From IMG/VR virus record IMGVR_UViG_3300011335_000398, positions 1-28,182 of that record: a stretch of DNA of 28,182 bases; one strand, written 5' to 3'. This DNA is from a virus (lineage: Duplodnaviria; Caudoviricetes). Below the pieces are notes generated by a model. The model was not told where the DNA came from. It saw only the letters and a program-made list of their open reading frames with translations, and made no database searches. Below, piece by piece: positions 6,148 to 14,691 of the stretch. The position numbers were made by a program, and so were the translations under genes. Positions within the stretch are counted from its first letter, which is position 1. The number at the start of each line of letters is the position of its first letter.

Positions 6148-6386
6148 AACAAGCTGAGGACACCTTCACGATGGAACTGGACTTCAGTCCAGCCCCTGTG
6201 ATCTGCCGCTGTGGGGATGATGTCCCTGCCAAACGTGCTGAACTGGGCTACAGGACTTGCCTGTTCTGTGGTGACAAAGCAGCACGTCAAGTTCGCCACA
6301 CCGTGGCACCGATGAACAAGAGCAACTACATGCTGTTCACTGACCCTGAACTGCTCAAGCAACTTAACCCAAAGAGGACAACATGA
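6144..6386 (+). CDS. DksA/TraR-like C4 zinc-finger protein (80 aa)
   Basis: SD GGAGG; CRCGDDVPAKRAELGYRTCLFC resembles the CxxCGxxIPxxR..CxxC finger. Confidence 0.6.
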   Translation: MKQAEDTFTMELDFSPAPVICRCGDDVPAKRAELGYRTCLFCGDKAARQVRHTVAPMNKSNYMLFTDPELLKQLNPKRTT

Positions 6387-6598
6387 GAAAACCGACACCT
6401 ATCAAACCGATGGGGGTATCCATCAACGACACCGTGTGGAGACGTATTGCACGGTGGCTTGGCAAGCTGCTGCTGTCACTGGCCTTCGCTGTACTGATGG
6501 CCGTCTTCCTGCTCGAATGGATGGCTGGTTGTGGGGAAACTTACATTGATGCCAAGGGAGTGCGACATGTCAACCAATGCCTGTTCATCAACCGATAA
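6383..6598 (+). CDS. Small membrane protein (71 aa)
   Basis: ATGA overlap, SD GAGG; one hydrophobic helix then EWMAGCGE...C. Confidence 0.75.
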   Translation: MRKPTPIKPMGVSINDTVWRRIARWLGKLLLSLAFAVLMAVFLLEWMAGCGETYIDAKGVRHVNQCLFINR

Positions 6599-6809
6599 CC
6601 TGCGGCTTTACATGCTGCGGTACGGCAAACGTGGGGCACCAGTGCGTGACTCCACTGGCCGGATCATTTACTTCAACGACAAGGAGAGTGCAAAGCGACA
6701 GAGGAACGAACTTAACACAGGGGTAAACCCATTCATTTTTGTAGTATCTACCGGCCCTGACCATCAACCTAAATCCGAGAGGAAAATCAAATGCGAGCCA
6801 CGCTTCTGA
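6567..6809 (+). CDS. Hypothetical protein (~80 aa; start uncertain)
   Basis: SD AAGGGAG before ATG 6567; fills the gap before the AAA gene. Confidence 0.6.
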   Translation: MSTNACSSTDNLRLYMLRYGKRGAPVRDSTGRIIYFNDKESAKRQRNELNTGVNPFIFVVSTGPDHQPKSERKIKCEPRF

Positions 6810-7777
6810 AAGAAACCATCAAGTCCCTGTTCCCCATCACCCGTACCCTGTCCATCGAGGGTAGCCCCGGCGGTGGCAAGACGACCATCGTCCACGAGGT
6901 GGCACAGGAACTTGACATCCCCTGTGTCGAACGTCACATGCCAACCATGTTGGTCGAGGACTTCGGCATCCTGTTCCCAGACGGCACTGACAAGCTGAAC
7001 TACCGTCTGCCTGACTGGTTCCCTGTCAAGGGCAAAGCCCCCGAGGCTGGCATCCTGCTGTTCGACGACCGCAACCAAGCTGGCCCTGACTTGCAGAAGG
7101 TGCTTGCCAACATCTGCCAAGCCCGGACACTGCATGGTGTACCGATGCCAGACGGATGGCAGGTTATCTCCACTGGCAACAGGCAGTCTGACCGTGCTGG
7201 TGCCAACCGGGTGCTCAGTCATCTCCGCAACAGGGAGACGGTGCTGGAGTTGGAGACACACCTTGACGACTGGACTTCATGGGCCATCAACCACGGTGTC
7301 AAGCCCGAGGTCATCAGCTTCATCCGCTTCCGTCCCGGTCTGTTGCATGACTTCGATCCTCAGCGTGACCAGAACGCTACACCACGGTCTTGGGTGGACG
7401 GTGTGTCTGACGTGCTGGGTACTGTGGCACCAGAGGCTGAGTTCGAGTGCTTCAAAGGCGCTGTGGGTGAGGGTGCTGCTGCCGAGTTCGTAGGGTTTGT
7501 ACGTATCTTCCGCAAGCTGCCCAACCCCGACGCTATCCTGCTCAACCCTCAAACTGCTGACGTTCCCAAAGACCCAGCGACCTTGTATGCCCTGTCCGGT
7601 GCCTTGGCACAGCGGGCTACCGAGGCCAACTTCGAGAGGGTCTGCCAGTACAGCGAACGTATGCCTCCCGAGTTCTCTGTGCTGACCATCAGCTATGCAG
7701 CACGGCGCAACCCTGACTTGGCTAACACCCAAGCCTTCACCAAGTGGTCTATCAACCACCAAGACGTGTTGTTCTGA
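6791..7777 (+). CDS. MoxR-like AAA+ ATPase
   Basis: Walker A GSPGGGKT, Walker B LLFDD, sensor-1 STGNR, Arg finger LRNR, sensor-2 TPRSW. Confidence 0.9.
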   Translation: MRATLLKETIKSLFPITRTLSIEGSPGGGKTTIVHEVAQELDIPCVERHMPTMLVEDFGILFPDGTDKLNYRLPDWFPVKGKAPEAGILLFDDRNQAGPDLQKVLANICQARTLHGVPMPDGWQVISTGNRQSDRAGANRVLSHLRNRETVLELETHLDDWTSWAINHGVKPEVISFIRFRPGLLHDFDPQRDQNATPRSWVDGVSDVLGTVAPEAEFECFKGAVGEGAAAEFVGFVRIFRKLPNPDAILLNPQTADVPKDPATLYALSGALAQRATEANFERVCQYSERMPPEFSVLTISYAARRNPDLANTQAFTKWSINHQDVLF

Positions 7778-7853
7778 CCCAGTGAAACCTATGGCGCATT
7801 TGCTAGCGACAAGTGCGTCACACATCCATCAACATCTTTAGAGGAACCAAACC

Positions 7854-8702
7854 ATGAATCTCAATGACCGCGCACTGTTGGTGCAACTGAACGTGTCCCA
7901 GTGGACAGCCCGCAAGTACGACAAGAAGGCAACCAAGGAGGTGATCAGCAACCACGGCACCACCGCTGCTGCTGGCCGCTTCAACAAGGCACTGCTGCCC
8001 ATGTCTGACCTGCTGGAGAACATCCACAAGAAGACGACTTACATCCGCACCAAGTACTACGAAAACACCTTGCCGTGGGGTATGGACGGCACCATGATGC
8101 TGCCCACTGCCAACTACCTGAACTTCATGTCCGACTTTCGCAAGGAACGTGGCGAGTGGGACAGACTGGTGCAGGACTTCATCGACAACTACGACAGCCT
8201 CAAGCTCGATGCACAGCGCATCCTTGGCTCCCTGTACGACCACTCGGACTACCCGCCAGTGCTTGAGTTGCGGCACAAGTTCCACATGGACATGGCTGTG
8301 TTCCCAGTGCCGAGCAGCGACTTCCGGGTTGCCATCGGCAGCGAGGAACTGACACGCATCCAGCAGGATGTTGAGAGACGTGTGAAGGATGCGGAGCAGA
8401 CGGCGCTGAAGGATGTGTGGAACAGGCTGTACGAACGGGTCAAGCACATGGCTGAGAAGCTGGCTGACCCCAAGGCGATCTTCCGTGACTCGATGCTGGA
8501 GAACACCCGAGAAATCTGTGCGCTGTTGCCGAGGCTGAACTTCAGCGATGACCCCAACTTGGAAGCTATGCGGCAACAGGTTGAGGCATCCCTGATCAAG
8601 CACCCCGAGGCACTGCGTAACGACCCTGATCTGCGGCGTGACACTGCCGCTGAAGCGAAGGCCATCATGGACAAGATGGGTGCCTTCATGGGAGCACTGT
8701 GA
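7854..8702 (+). CDS. DUF3150-like helical protein
   Basis: LNVSQWTARKYD N-terminus, YPP..L..KF motif, coiled-coil C-terminus; sits between AAA and VWA genes as recalled for this family. Confidence 0.6.
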   Translation: MNLNDRALLVQLNVSQWTARKYDKKATKEVISNHGTTAAAGRFNKALLPMSDLLENIHKKTTYIRTKYYENTLPWGMDGTMMLPTANYLNFMSDFRKERGEWDRLVQDFIDNYDSLKLDAQRILGSLYDHSDYPPVLELRHKFHMDMAVFPVPSSDFRVAIGSEELTRIQQDVERRVKDAEQTALKDVWNRLYERVKHMAEKLADPKAIFRDSMLENTREICALLPRLNFSDDPNLEAMRQQVEASLIKHPEALRNDPDLRRDTAAEAKAIMDKMGAFMGAL

Positions 8703-8989
8703 TGCAGATTACTATCGAGAAGATGCACTGTCCGCAATGCACTGAGCGAACTGTGTTTGAGGTACTGCGGTATCGCCACGGCAAGCTAAACAACCGTACC
8801 ACACTGCGGTGTGTGGGATGTGGACACGTGTTTGGGATTGCCGAATCCAAGGAGTTCATCGAGCTAGAAATGGCCGAGATGGATGCAATCATCGACAGCA
8901 ACATTACCATCACTGACCCAAGACTGCGAGACGGTGTGTACGGCGTGGTAATTGACACGATGATGGCACTGAGGGAGAAAAACACATGA
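8702..8989 (+). CDS. Zinc-ribbon protein (95 aa)
   Basis: TGATG overlap; CPQC...CVGCGH. Confidence 0.7.
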   Translation: MQITIEKMHCPQCTERTVFEVLRYRHGKLNNRTTLRCVGCGHVFGIAESKEFIELEMAEMDAIIDSNITITDPRLRDGVYGVVIDTMMALREKNT

Positions 8990-9180
8990 ACGTGGAGGAC
9001 ATCTTTGACGCTGACGGCGCTGCCATACAAGCAGCGTATGACCTGATCCGAACGATCCTGAAGACCGATCCCGGTGTATACGATGACTTCGCTGGGCCTG
9101 TCCTGTTGCTGCTACGGCAGCGACTGGGTAGTTCATGGCGCAACGTACCCAAGAAACGCAAACCAAGGAAAACCAAATGA
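8986..9180 (+). CDS. Hypothetical protein (64 aa, basic tail)
   Basis: ATGA overlaps at both ends; SD GAGGGAG. Confidence 0.7.
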   Translation: MNVEDIFDADGAAIQAAYDLIRTILKTDPGVYDDFAGPVLLLLRQRLGSSWRNVPKKRKPRKTK

Positions 9181-10316
9181 CAACTGCAACCATTGACATG
9201 AAGAAGCTGACCACCAAGCTGGCGAAAGCCAAGACCGCTCTGATCTTGGAGCATCCCTTTGTGGGCACCATTGCCCTGAGTATGCCCTTCGAGTTCGACG
9301 AGAACATCAAGACCGCTGCTACCAACGGTAAGCGGATCAAGTTCAACCCCGAGTTCGTGGACAGCCTGACTGACGAGGAGGTCAAGTTCCTCGTTGCCCA
9401 CGAGTGCTTCCATCCCATGCTGGAGCACAACTTCCGGCGTGGTGAGCGGCAAGGGAAACGCTGGAACATGGCCGCTGACTACGTGATCAACAAGCTGTTG
9501 ACCGATGAGAGTATCGGACGGATGCCCAAGGTCGGCCTGCTGGATGCCAACATCTACAACGCTGGGCACGGCACCAGTGAGGGCATCTACAACATCCTGC
9601 CTGAACAGGATGAGAGCGGTGGCTCCGGTGCTGGTGAACCCGGTGGCCCACTGGACGACTGTGAGGACGGTGACGGTAGCCCTGCCGAGCAACAGCAGCA
9701 ACAGGCTGAGTGGAAGGTGAAGGTGGCCCAAGCTGCGCAAGCGGCGAAGATGATGGGCAAGATGACTGCCAACATGCAACGTCTTGTGGATGAGGTGCTG
9801 CAACCCAAGGTGGACTGGCGTGAGGTGCTGCAAAAGTTCCTCGTCAAAGCACGGACAGATCAGCGATCCTTTGCCCGGTTTAATCGCCGCTTCATTGCAC
9901 AAGGACTGTACCTGCCCAGTGTCAGCGGTGAGCAGATGGGTGAGGTGTGCTTCGCTGTGGACTGCTCTGGCTCCATCGACCAGAAGACGGTCAACCAGTT
10001 TGCCGCCGAGATCAAGCGGGTCAAGGAAGACCTGATGCCTGAGCGTATTCATGTGCTGTACTTCGACAGTGAGGTCAGCCACGTGGAGAGCTACGAGCAG
10101 CACGACGATCTGGACATCAAGCCTCACGGCGGTGGAGGCACCGACTTTGCACCAGTCTTCGACAAGATCATCGAGCTTGGGATCAACCCCGTTGCTATCG
10201 TGTTCCTCACTGACCTGTGCTGCAACAGCTTCGGTGATCAGCCTGATGCACCAGTGCTGTGGGTCACGACCGACCCCGGCAACGCACCCTTCGGTGAAGT
10301 GGTGGAAATGAACTGA
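9177..10316 (+). CDS. DUF2201-type metallopeptidase-like + VWA domain protein (379 aa)
   Basis: TAATNG, HECFH (HExxH), WNMAADYVIN; MIDAS DCSGS, GGGTDF, VFLTD. Confidence 0.9.
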   Translation: MTTATIDMKKLTTKLAKAKTALILEHPFVGTIALSMPFEFDENIKTAATNGKRIKFNPEFVDSLTDEEVKFLVAHECFHPMLEHNFRRGERQGKRWNMAADYVINKLLTDESIGRMPKVGLLDANIYNAGHGTSEGIYNILPEQDESGGSGAGEPGGPLDDCEDGDGSPAEQQQQQAEWKVKVAQAAQAAKMMGKMTANMQRLVDEVLQPKVDWREVLQKFLVKARTDQRSFARFNRRFIAQGLYLPSVSGEQMGEVCFAVDCSGSIDQKTVNQFAAEIKRVKEDLMPERIHVLYFDSEVSHVESYEQHDDLDIKPHGGGGTDFAPVFDKIIELGINPVAIVFLTDLCCNSFGDQPDAPVLWVTTDPGNAPFGEVVEMN

Positions 10317-10564
10317 TGCTGGCCCTGCCGGATGGGTACACAGTAGGCGATAAGGCGCACCACTTGATGCTGGGCAGCGAGTGGCAAGTCGTTGTCAATT
10401 ACAAAGGTCGCCCAACGTTTGAGCTTGCAAAGATGTTCGACATACGAAGCTACGCACCGAGGTATGCGGGGCGACTTATCGGCGGTAAGTGGGCACAGTT
10501 CCCTCACTATACCGAGGCAGTTAGAGTGATGGCAACTAAACACAGACTAGGAGTTAGACCATGA
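10316..10564 (+). CDS. Hypothetical protein (82 aa)
   Basis: TGATG and ATGA overlaps. Confidence 0.7.
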   Translation: MLALPDGYTVGDKAHHLMLGSEWQVVVNYKGRPTFELAKMFDIRSYAPRYAGRLIGGKWAQFPHYTEAVRVMATKHRLGVRP

Positions 10565-10800
10565 ACCAATTCCAAACCGATGAGTACCACAATCGTGTCA
10601 TGGCTGTGGTCACAAAAATCAACGACATGATGCATGAAAGTGAAGTGGAATTTGATGTCGGGGTCAATGCCCTGATTACGTTGCTGGCTTCGTGCAGCAA
10701 GCACTCTGAACTAAGTGACAAGGAGTTCCTGACGATGCTGGTGGCACAGACCATGCATGTGATGGACAACATGTCCGTTCAAACACACCCCGTTCAATAA
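10561..10800 (+). CDS. Hypothetical protein (79 aa)
   Basis: SD AGGAG, ATGA overlap. Confidence 0.75.
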   Translation: MNQFQTDEYHNRVMAVVTKINDMMHESEVEFDVGVNALITLLASCSKHSELSDKEFLTMLVAQTMHVMDNMSVQTHPVQ

Positions 10801-10810
10801 GGAGAATCAC

Positions 10811-11440
10811 ATGGCAACAGTACGTTTTAGCAAAGAACTCATCGAGAAGATCATCCGCAATGCCCGATCCAAGATGGAACCTGCCATCACCAAGGCCAAA
10901 GAGCAGAAGCTCGACAACGCATGGGGTCAGCGCATCTACGACACCATCTTTCTCGAAGTCAAGCCAATCATCTCGCAAGTTCCTGCTGGATGGTTCAAGA
11001 TGGTGGATAAAATTTGTATCGAACAGGTGGGTGACGCCAGATGTGGTATGCAATTTACCTTTGCGACTCCCCTGCCTTGGCCCGACGTGTTTGTCACTAC
11101 TGCCATCGCCAAGAGGGATCGTAGCTACAGCGATGGTATCGTACTCACAGATGAGCATGTATGGGCTGAGTTCTACGCAGAGGTTGTGGCGTACAAGCAG
11201 CGTGTTTCAATAGTCAAACAACGACAGACAGAGTTTGCTGATATGGTCAAGAAGGTAACTGAGGCGTACTCCACACTGGCCCCGGCACTCAAGGCATGGC
11301 CTCCCCTGTGGGAGTTGATCCCCGAGGATGTGAAGGACACACACAGGAAGATCGTGGAACGTACCAAGAACGATGTGGTACTCGACGTTGACATCGGCAA
11401 ACTTACTGCCCTGAGTACTGCTGCCAAGTTCGGACTCTGA
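10811..11440 (+). CDS. Nmad5-like protein (nucleotide-modification-associated domain 5)
   Basis: SD TAAGGAG; C-terminal STLAPALKAWPPLWELIP resembles the T..L...WP....LP signature; recalled, not searched. Confidence 0.5.
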   Translation: MATVRFSKELIEKIIRNARSKMEPAITKAKEQKLDNAWGQRIYDTIFLEVKPIISQVPAGWFKMVDKICIEQVGDARCGMQFTFATPLPWPDVFVTTAIAKRDRSYSDGIVLTDEHVWAEFYAEVVAYKQRVSIVKQRQTEFADMVKKVTEAYSTLAPALKAWPPLWELIPEDVKDTHRKIVERTKNDVVLDVDIGKLTALSTAAKFGL

Positions 11441-11441
11441 C

Positions 11442-11810
11442 ATGAAGATCGACGAAGCCAAGCGCAAGCATTGGCTCCGTTCCTTGCGCCGTTTCAAGTA
11501 CGGTATCAAGGTGCGGGCCAAGCTCGGAGTACTACAGACTATCTGTGAACAAGTTGCAGCAGAACGTAAGGGTAAACAGGGGTGGGATGCACCTCAATGG
11601 CCGCATGACAGATGGGTTACATTGCTGTACACTTGTATCAAAGACAACCAGTTCCCGCCGGAACTACTTACCGGATTCGTGAAGACCGCTGAGGTTACGT
11701 TCCTCAATCCACGCAAGCAACCTACAGTAGAGGGCACAGTCGAAGCCGTGAACGAGATATGCCGCGAACATAGCAAGGCGCTCCGACAGAAGTTCGGGGT
11801 GTTCCTATGA
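11442..11810 (+). CDS. Hypothetical protein (122 aa)
   Basis: TGAcATG junction; operon packing. Confidence 0.75.
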   Translation: MKIDEAKRKHWLRSLRRFKYGIKVRAKLGVLQTICEQVAAERKGKQGWDAPQWPHDRWVTLLYTCIKDNQFPPELLTGFVKTAEVTFLNPRKQPTVEGTVEAVNEICREHSKALRQKFGVFL

Positions 11811-11965
11811 AGTGCCCAGTGTGCAACACATGGGTGCAGGTTAAGGAAACCCGTAGCCGCCCCAACAACGCAGCGTACCGCAGGTATGAGTGCGCCAACG
11901 AGCATCGCTTTACCACACTGGAACAAGTTGTGCGTGTAATTCAACCGAAGAAAAAGAAGCCGTGA
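11807..11965 (+). CDS. NrdR N-terminal-like zinc-ribbon protein (52 aa)
   Basis: Hand translation MKCPVCNTWVQVKETRSRPNNAAYRRYECANEHRFTTLEQ...; ATGA overlap. Confidence 0.75.
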   Translation: MKCPVCNTWVQVKETRSRPNNAAYRRYECANEHRFTTLEQVVRVIQPKKKKP

Positions 11966-12066
11966 ACCTAAGAGCACGAGTACGTAACGCTTTGATAGTC
12001 CTCGTGACTGTGGTATCGCTGATCGTGCTTGTGTTCAACATCTTTTACATAACCTTTTGGAGATAG
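11962..12066 (+). CDS. 34-aa membrane peptide MNLRARVRNALIVLVTVVSLIVLVFNIFYITFWR
   Basis: GTGA overlap; fills the gap; basic N-terminus then a hydrophobic helix. Confidence 0.55.
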   Translation: MNLRARVRNALIVLVTVVSLIVLVFNIFYITFWR

Positions 12067-12068
12067 AA

Positions 12069-12497
12069 ATGAGCAAGATTACCAAGAAGCAGCAAGTCCT
12101 CAACCACTTCCTCAAGCACCCACTGGCTACACCCAAGTTTGTATCTGCGAAGTATGGCATGGCACTGCCCGCTGTGTACACGCTGCGCAAGCAAGCGATG
12201 CACGAGTACCAAGAGCGCAACGCTACGGAGATACTCGGCCCGCAGATCGACGAGCCACAAGTTGTTGTGGGGCAAGCCAAAGACAGGCAGGTGGGGGGCG
12301 ACCACTACAAGTCAATGGGTGTGCAGCCGTGGGATGTCGTGGACACATGGCCCCGTGACCAACGCATTGGCTACTACCGAGGCGGTGCGCTGAAGTATCT
12401 GATGCGCATGGGTAGCAAGGACGAGTCACCCGTCGAGGTGGCAAAGGGCCAGCACTACATCCAGAAACTTCTTGAAGTATTGCAGGAGCAAAGCTGA
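12069..12497 (+). CDS. DUF3310 (SaV-like / T7 gp1.7-like) protein with N-terminal HTH-like segment
   Basis: QVGGDHYK..IQPW-like, GGALKYLMR.G.K, KGQHYI motifs. Confidence 0.8.
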   Translation: MSKITKKQQVLNHFLKHPLATPKFVSAKYGMALPAVYTLRKQAMHEYQERNATEILGPQIDEPQVVVGQAKDRQVGGDHYKSMGVQPWDVVDTWPRDQRIGYYRGGALKYLMRMGSKDESPVEVAKGQHYIQKLLEVLQEQS

Positions 12498-14383
12498 TGG
12501 CAATGGACATCGTAACCATCGACTTTGAAACCTACTACGACAAGGACTACAGCTTGTCGAAGATGACCACCGAGCAATACGTTCGCAGTTCTTTGTTCGA
12601 GGTCATCGGAGTGGGCGTCAAGGTCAACGACTACCCCACTGACTGGTACAGCGGGGACAACCCCGGCAAGTTCCTCAAGTCACTGGACTACAGGAAGCGG
12701 GCCATCCTGTGCCACAACACAGCGTTCGATGGGGCCATCCTGTCGTGGCACTTCGGCATCAGCCCAAGGCTGTGGCTGGACACTCTAGGCATGGCCCGTC
12801 CGCTGCACAACGTCACGGTGGGTGGCTCACTCGCCAAGCTGGTGACGTACTACGGGCTGGGCAAGAAGGGCGACGAGGTGGTGGCTGCACTGGGCAAGCG
12901 CAAGGCTGACTTCACTGAGGCTGACCTCGCTCAGTACGGCGAGTACTGCAAGAACGACGTGAACATGACCAAGCAACTGTTCGACAAGCTCAAGGTGGGC
13001 TTCCCATCCAGCGAGTTGTTGGTGATTGACCAGACGCTGCGCATGTACACCGACCCAGTGATTGAACTCGACGTGCCACTGCTGGAGAAGCACCTCGAAG
13101 AAGTCCGTACCCGCAAGCGCACCTTGATGTCCGATCTGGGCCACGGTATGGGCGGTGAGGCAGCGGTGCAAGAGATGCTCATGTCCAACGACAAGTTCGC
13201 TGCGTACCTCAAGCGCCTCGGTGTGGAGCCGCCCACCAAGACCAGCCTGAAGACGGGCAAGGAGTCGTGGGCTTTCGCCAAGACGGACAAGGGCATGACT
13301 GACATGCTGGAACATGTTGACGAACGTGTGCAGGCAGCGGTGTCGGCCCGCCTAGGGGTCAAGTCCACCCTCGAAGAAACCCGCACCGAGAACCTGATTG
13401 GTGTGGCCGGACGGGGCAACCTGCCCATCATGCTCAACTACTACGGTGCCCACACCGGGCGCTTCAGCGGTGGTGACAAGCTCAACCTACAGAACCTGCC
13501 AAGCCGGGGCAACACGACCATCAGACGGGCACTGAAGGCACCATCGGGGCAGATGCTGATCTCATGTGACTCGTCGCAGATCGAGGCACGTACTGTGGCA
13601 TGGCTGGCTGGGCAAGAGGACTTGCTGGTGGCGTTCCGTGACAAGCGGGATGTGTACTCCGAGTTCGCCACTGAGGTCTACGGTCGTGTCATTACCAAGG
13701 CTGACAAGGTGGAGCGGTTCGTCGGCAAGACCTGTGTGCTTGGGCTGGGCTACGGCATGGGCGCTGAGAAGTTCAGACGCACTCTGGAGATCGGCCAAGG
13801 TGGCATCAACGTGGTGATCGACATCAATGAGGCAGAGCGGATCGTCCGGCTGTACCGACAGAAGAACTGGAAGATCGTGCAGTTCTGGCAGAGGTGCGGT
13901 GCAGCACTCAAGGATATGTTGTACGGTGGCGGCAACGAGTTGCACCCCAAGGTGCGCTACGACAAGGGCGGCATCATCCTGCCCAACGGGTTCCGGGTGC
14001 AGTACCCGGCGCTGCGTGAGACGGCCAACGGCTTCATGTATATCTCGGATGCCCGCACCTACCAGAAGGCGCTCAAGGATCGTGTGCTCACTGGCTCACC
14101 CCCTGACGACATCGCATGGATACGCATCTACGGTGGCAAGGTGACGGAGAACATCGTGCAAGCTCTTGCTGCATTGGTGATCCGTGAGCAGATGGCCGCT
14201 GCCGGACTGCACTTCAAGGTGGCCTTCCAAGTCCACGATGAGATCATCATCGCTGTGCCCGAGAGCAACGCACTGGCTGACCAAGCCAAGCTCGAAGCCC
14301 TGATGTCCACCGCCCCCAAGTGGGCACCCGACTTACCTGTGGCCTGCGAATCAGGCATGGCTGCAAACTATGGAGATACGTGA
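12497..14383 (+). CDS. polA: Family A DNA polymerase with 3'-5' exonuclease
   Basis: Exo I DFET, Exo II HNTAFD, Exo III YCKND; TGRFS, motif A DSSQIEAR, motif B RFVGKTCVLGLGYG, motif C VHDE. Confidence 0.97.
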   Translation: MAMDIVTIDFETYYDKDYSLSKMTTEQYVRSSLFEVIGVGVKVNDYPTDWYSGDNPGKFLKSLDYRKRAILCHNTAFDGAILSWHFGISPRLWLDTLGMARPLHNVTVGGSLAKLVTYYGLGKKGDEVVAALGKRKADFTEADLAQYGEYCKNDVNMTKQLFDKLKVGFPSSELLVIDQTLRMYTDPVIELDVPLLEKHLEEVRTRKRTLMSDLGHGMGGEAAVQEMLMSNDKFAAYLKRLGVEPPTKTSLKTGKESWAFAKTDKGMTDMLEHVDERVQAAVSARLGVKSTLEETRTENLIGVAGRGNLPIMLNYYGAHTGRFSGGDKLNLQNLPSRGNTTIRRALKAPSGQMLISCDSSQIEARTVAWLAGQEDLLVAFRDKRDVYSEFATEVYGRVITKADKVERFVGKTCVLGLGYGMGAEKFRRTLEIGQGGINVVIDINEAERIVRLYRQKNWKIVQFWQRCGAALKDMLYGGGNELHPKVRYDKGGIILPNGFRVQYPALRETANGFMYISDARTYQKALKDRVLTGSPPDDIAWIRIYGGKVTENIVQALAALVIREQMAAAGLHFKVAFQVHDEIIIAVPESNALADQAKLEALMSTAPKWAPDLPVACESGMAANYGDT

Positions 14384-14613
14384 TGAACATCGCTGAAATT
14401 AAGCGCGAACCGCGCAACAAAGACACCATCGACCTGCTGAAGCACATCATGCAACAGGTTGAGGCGAGTGAAGATGCCACTGAGGTGCTGGCCTTTGTGA
14501 AGATCGGCAAGGACTACCACCGATTCTCGACGGGGATCGGTGACATGATGAAGCTGATCGCTGTGCTGGAGGTGGCAAAGCATGATTGCATCACCCGCAT
14601 GACGACCGATTGA
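14383..14613 (+). CDS. Hypothetical protein (76 aa)
   Basis: TGATG overlap with polA; SD GGAG. Confidence 0.75.
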   Translation: MNIAEIKREPRNKDTIDLLKHIMQQVEASEDATEVLAFVKIGKDYHRFSTGIGDMMKLIAVLEVAKHDCITRMTTD

Positions 14614-14637
14614 CAGGAGTTCTCCGTGGTGTACACT
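14610..14637 (+). promoter_or_regulatory. Putative internal promoter
   Basis: TTGACA-N16-TACACT at an intergenic gap. Confidence 0.45.
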
Positions 14638-14691
14638 GGTGGTTCCAACATTACATCTCCCTCGCAGGTAGTCCCTGTGGGGCACACTGCC

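Noticed and set aside
8910-10127. 405-aa minus-strand ORF and similar long antisense ORFs (7818-8603, 21136-22029, 24209-25009)
   Set aside because: Lie opposite well-supported genes and have shadow composition.
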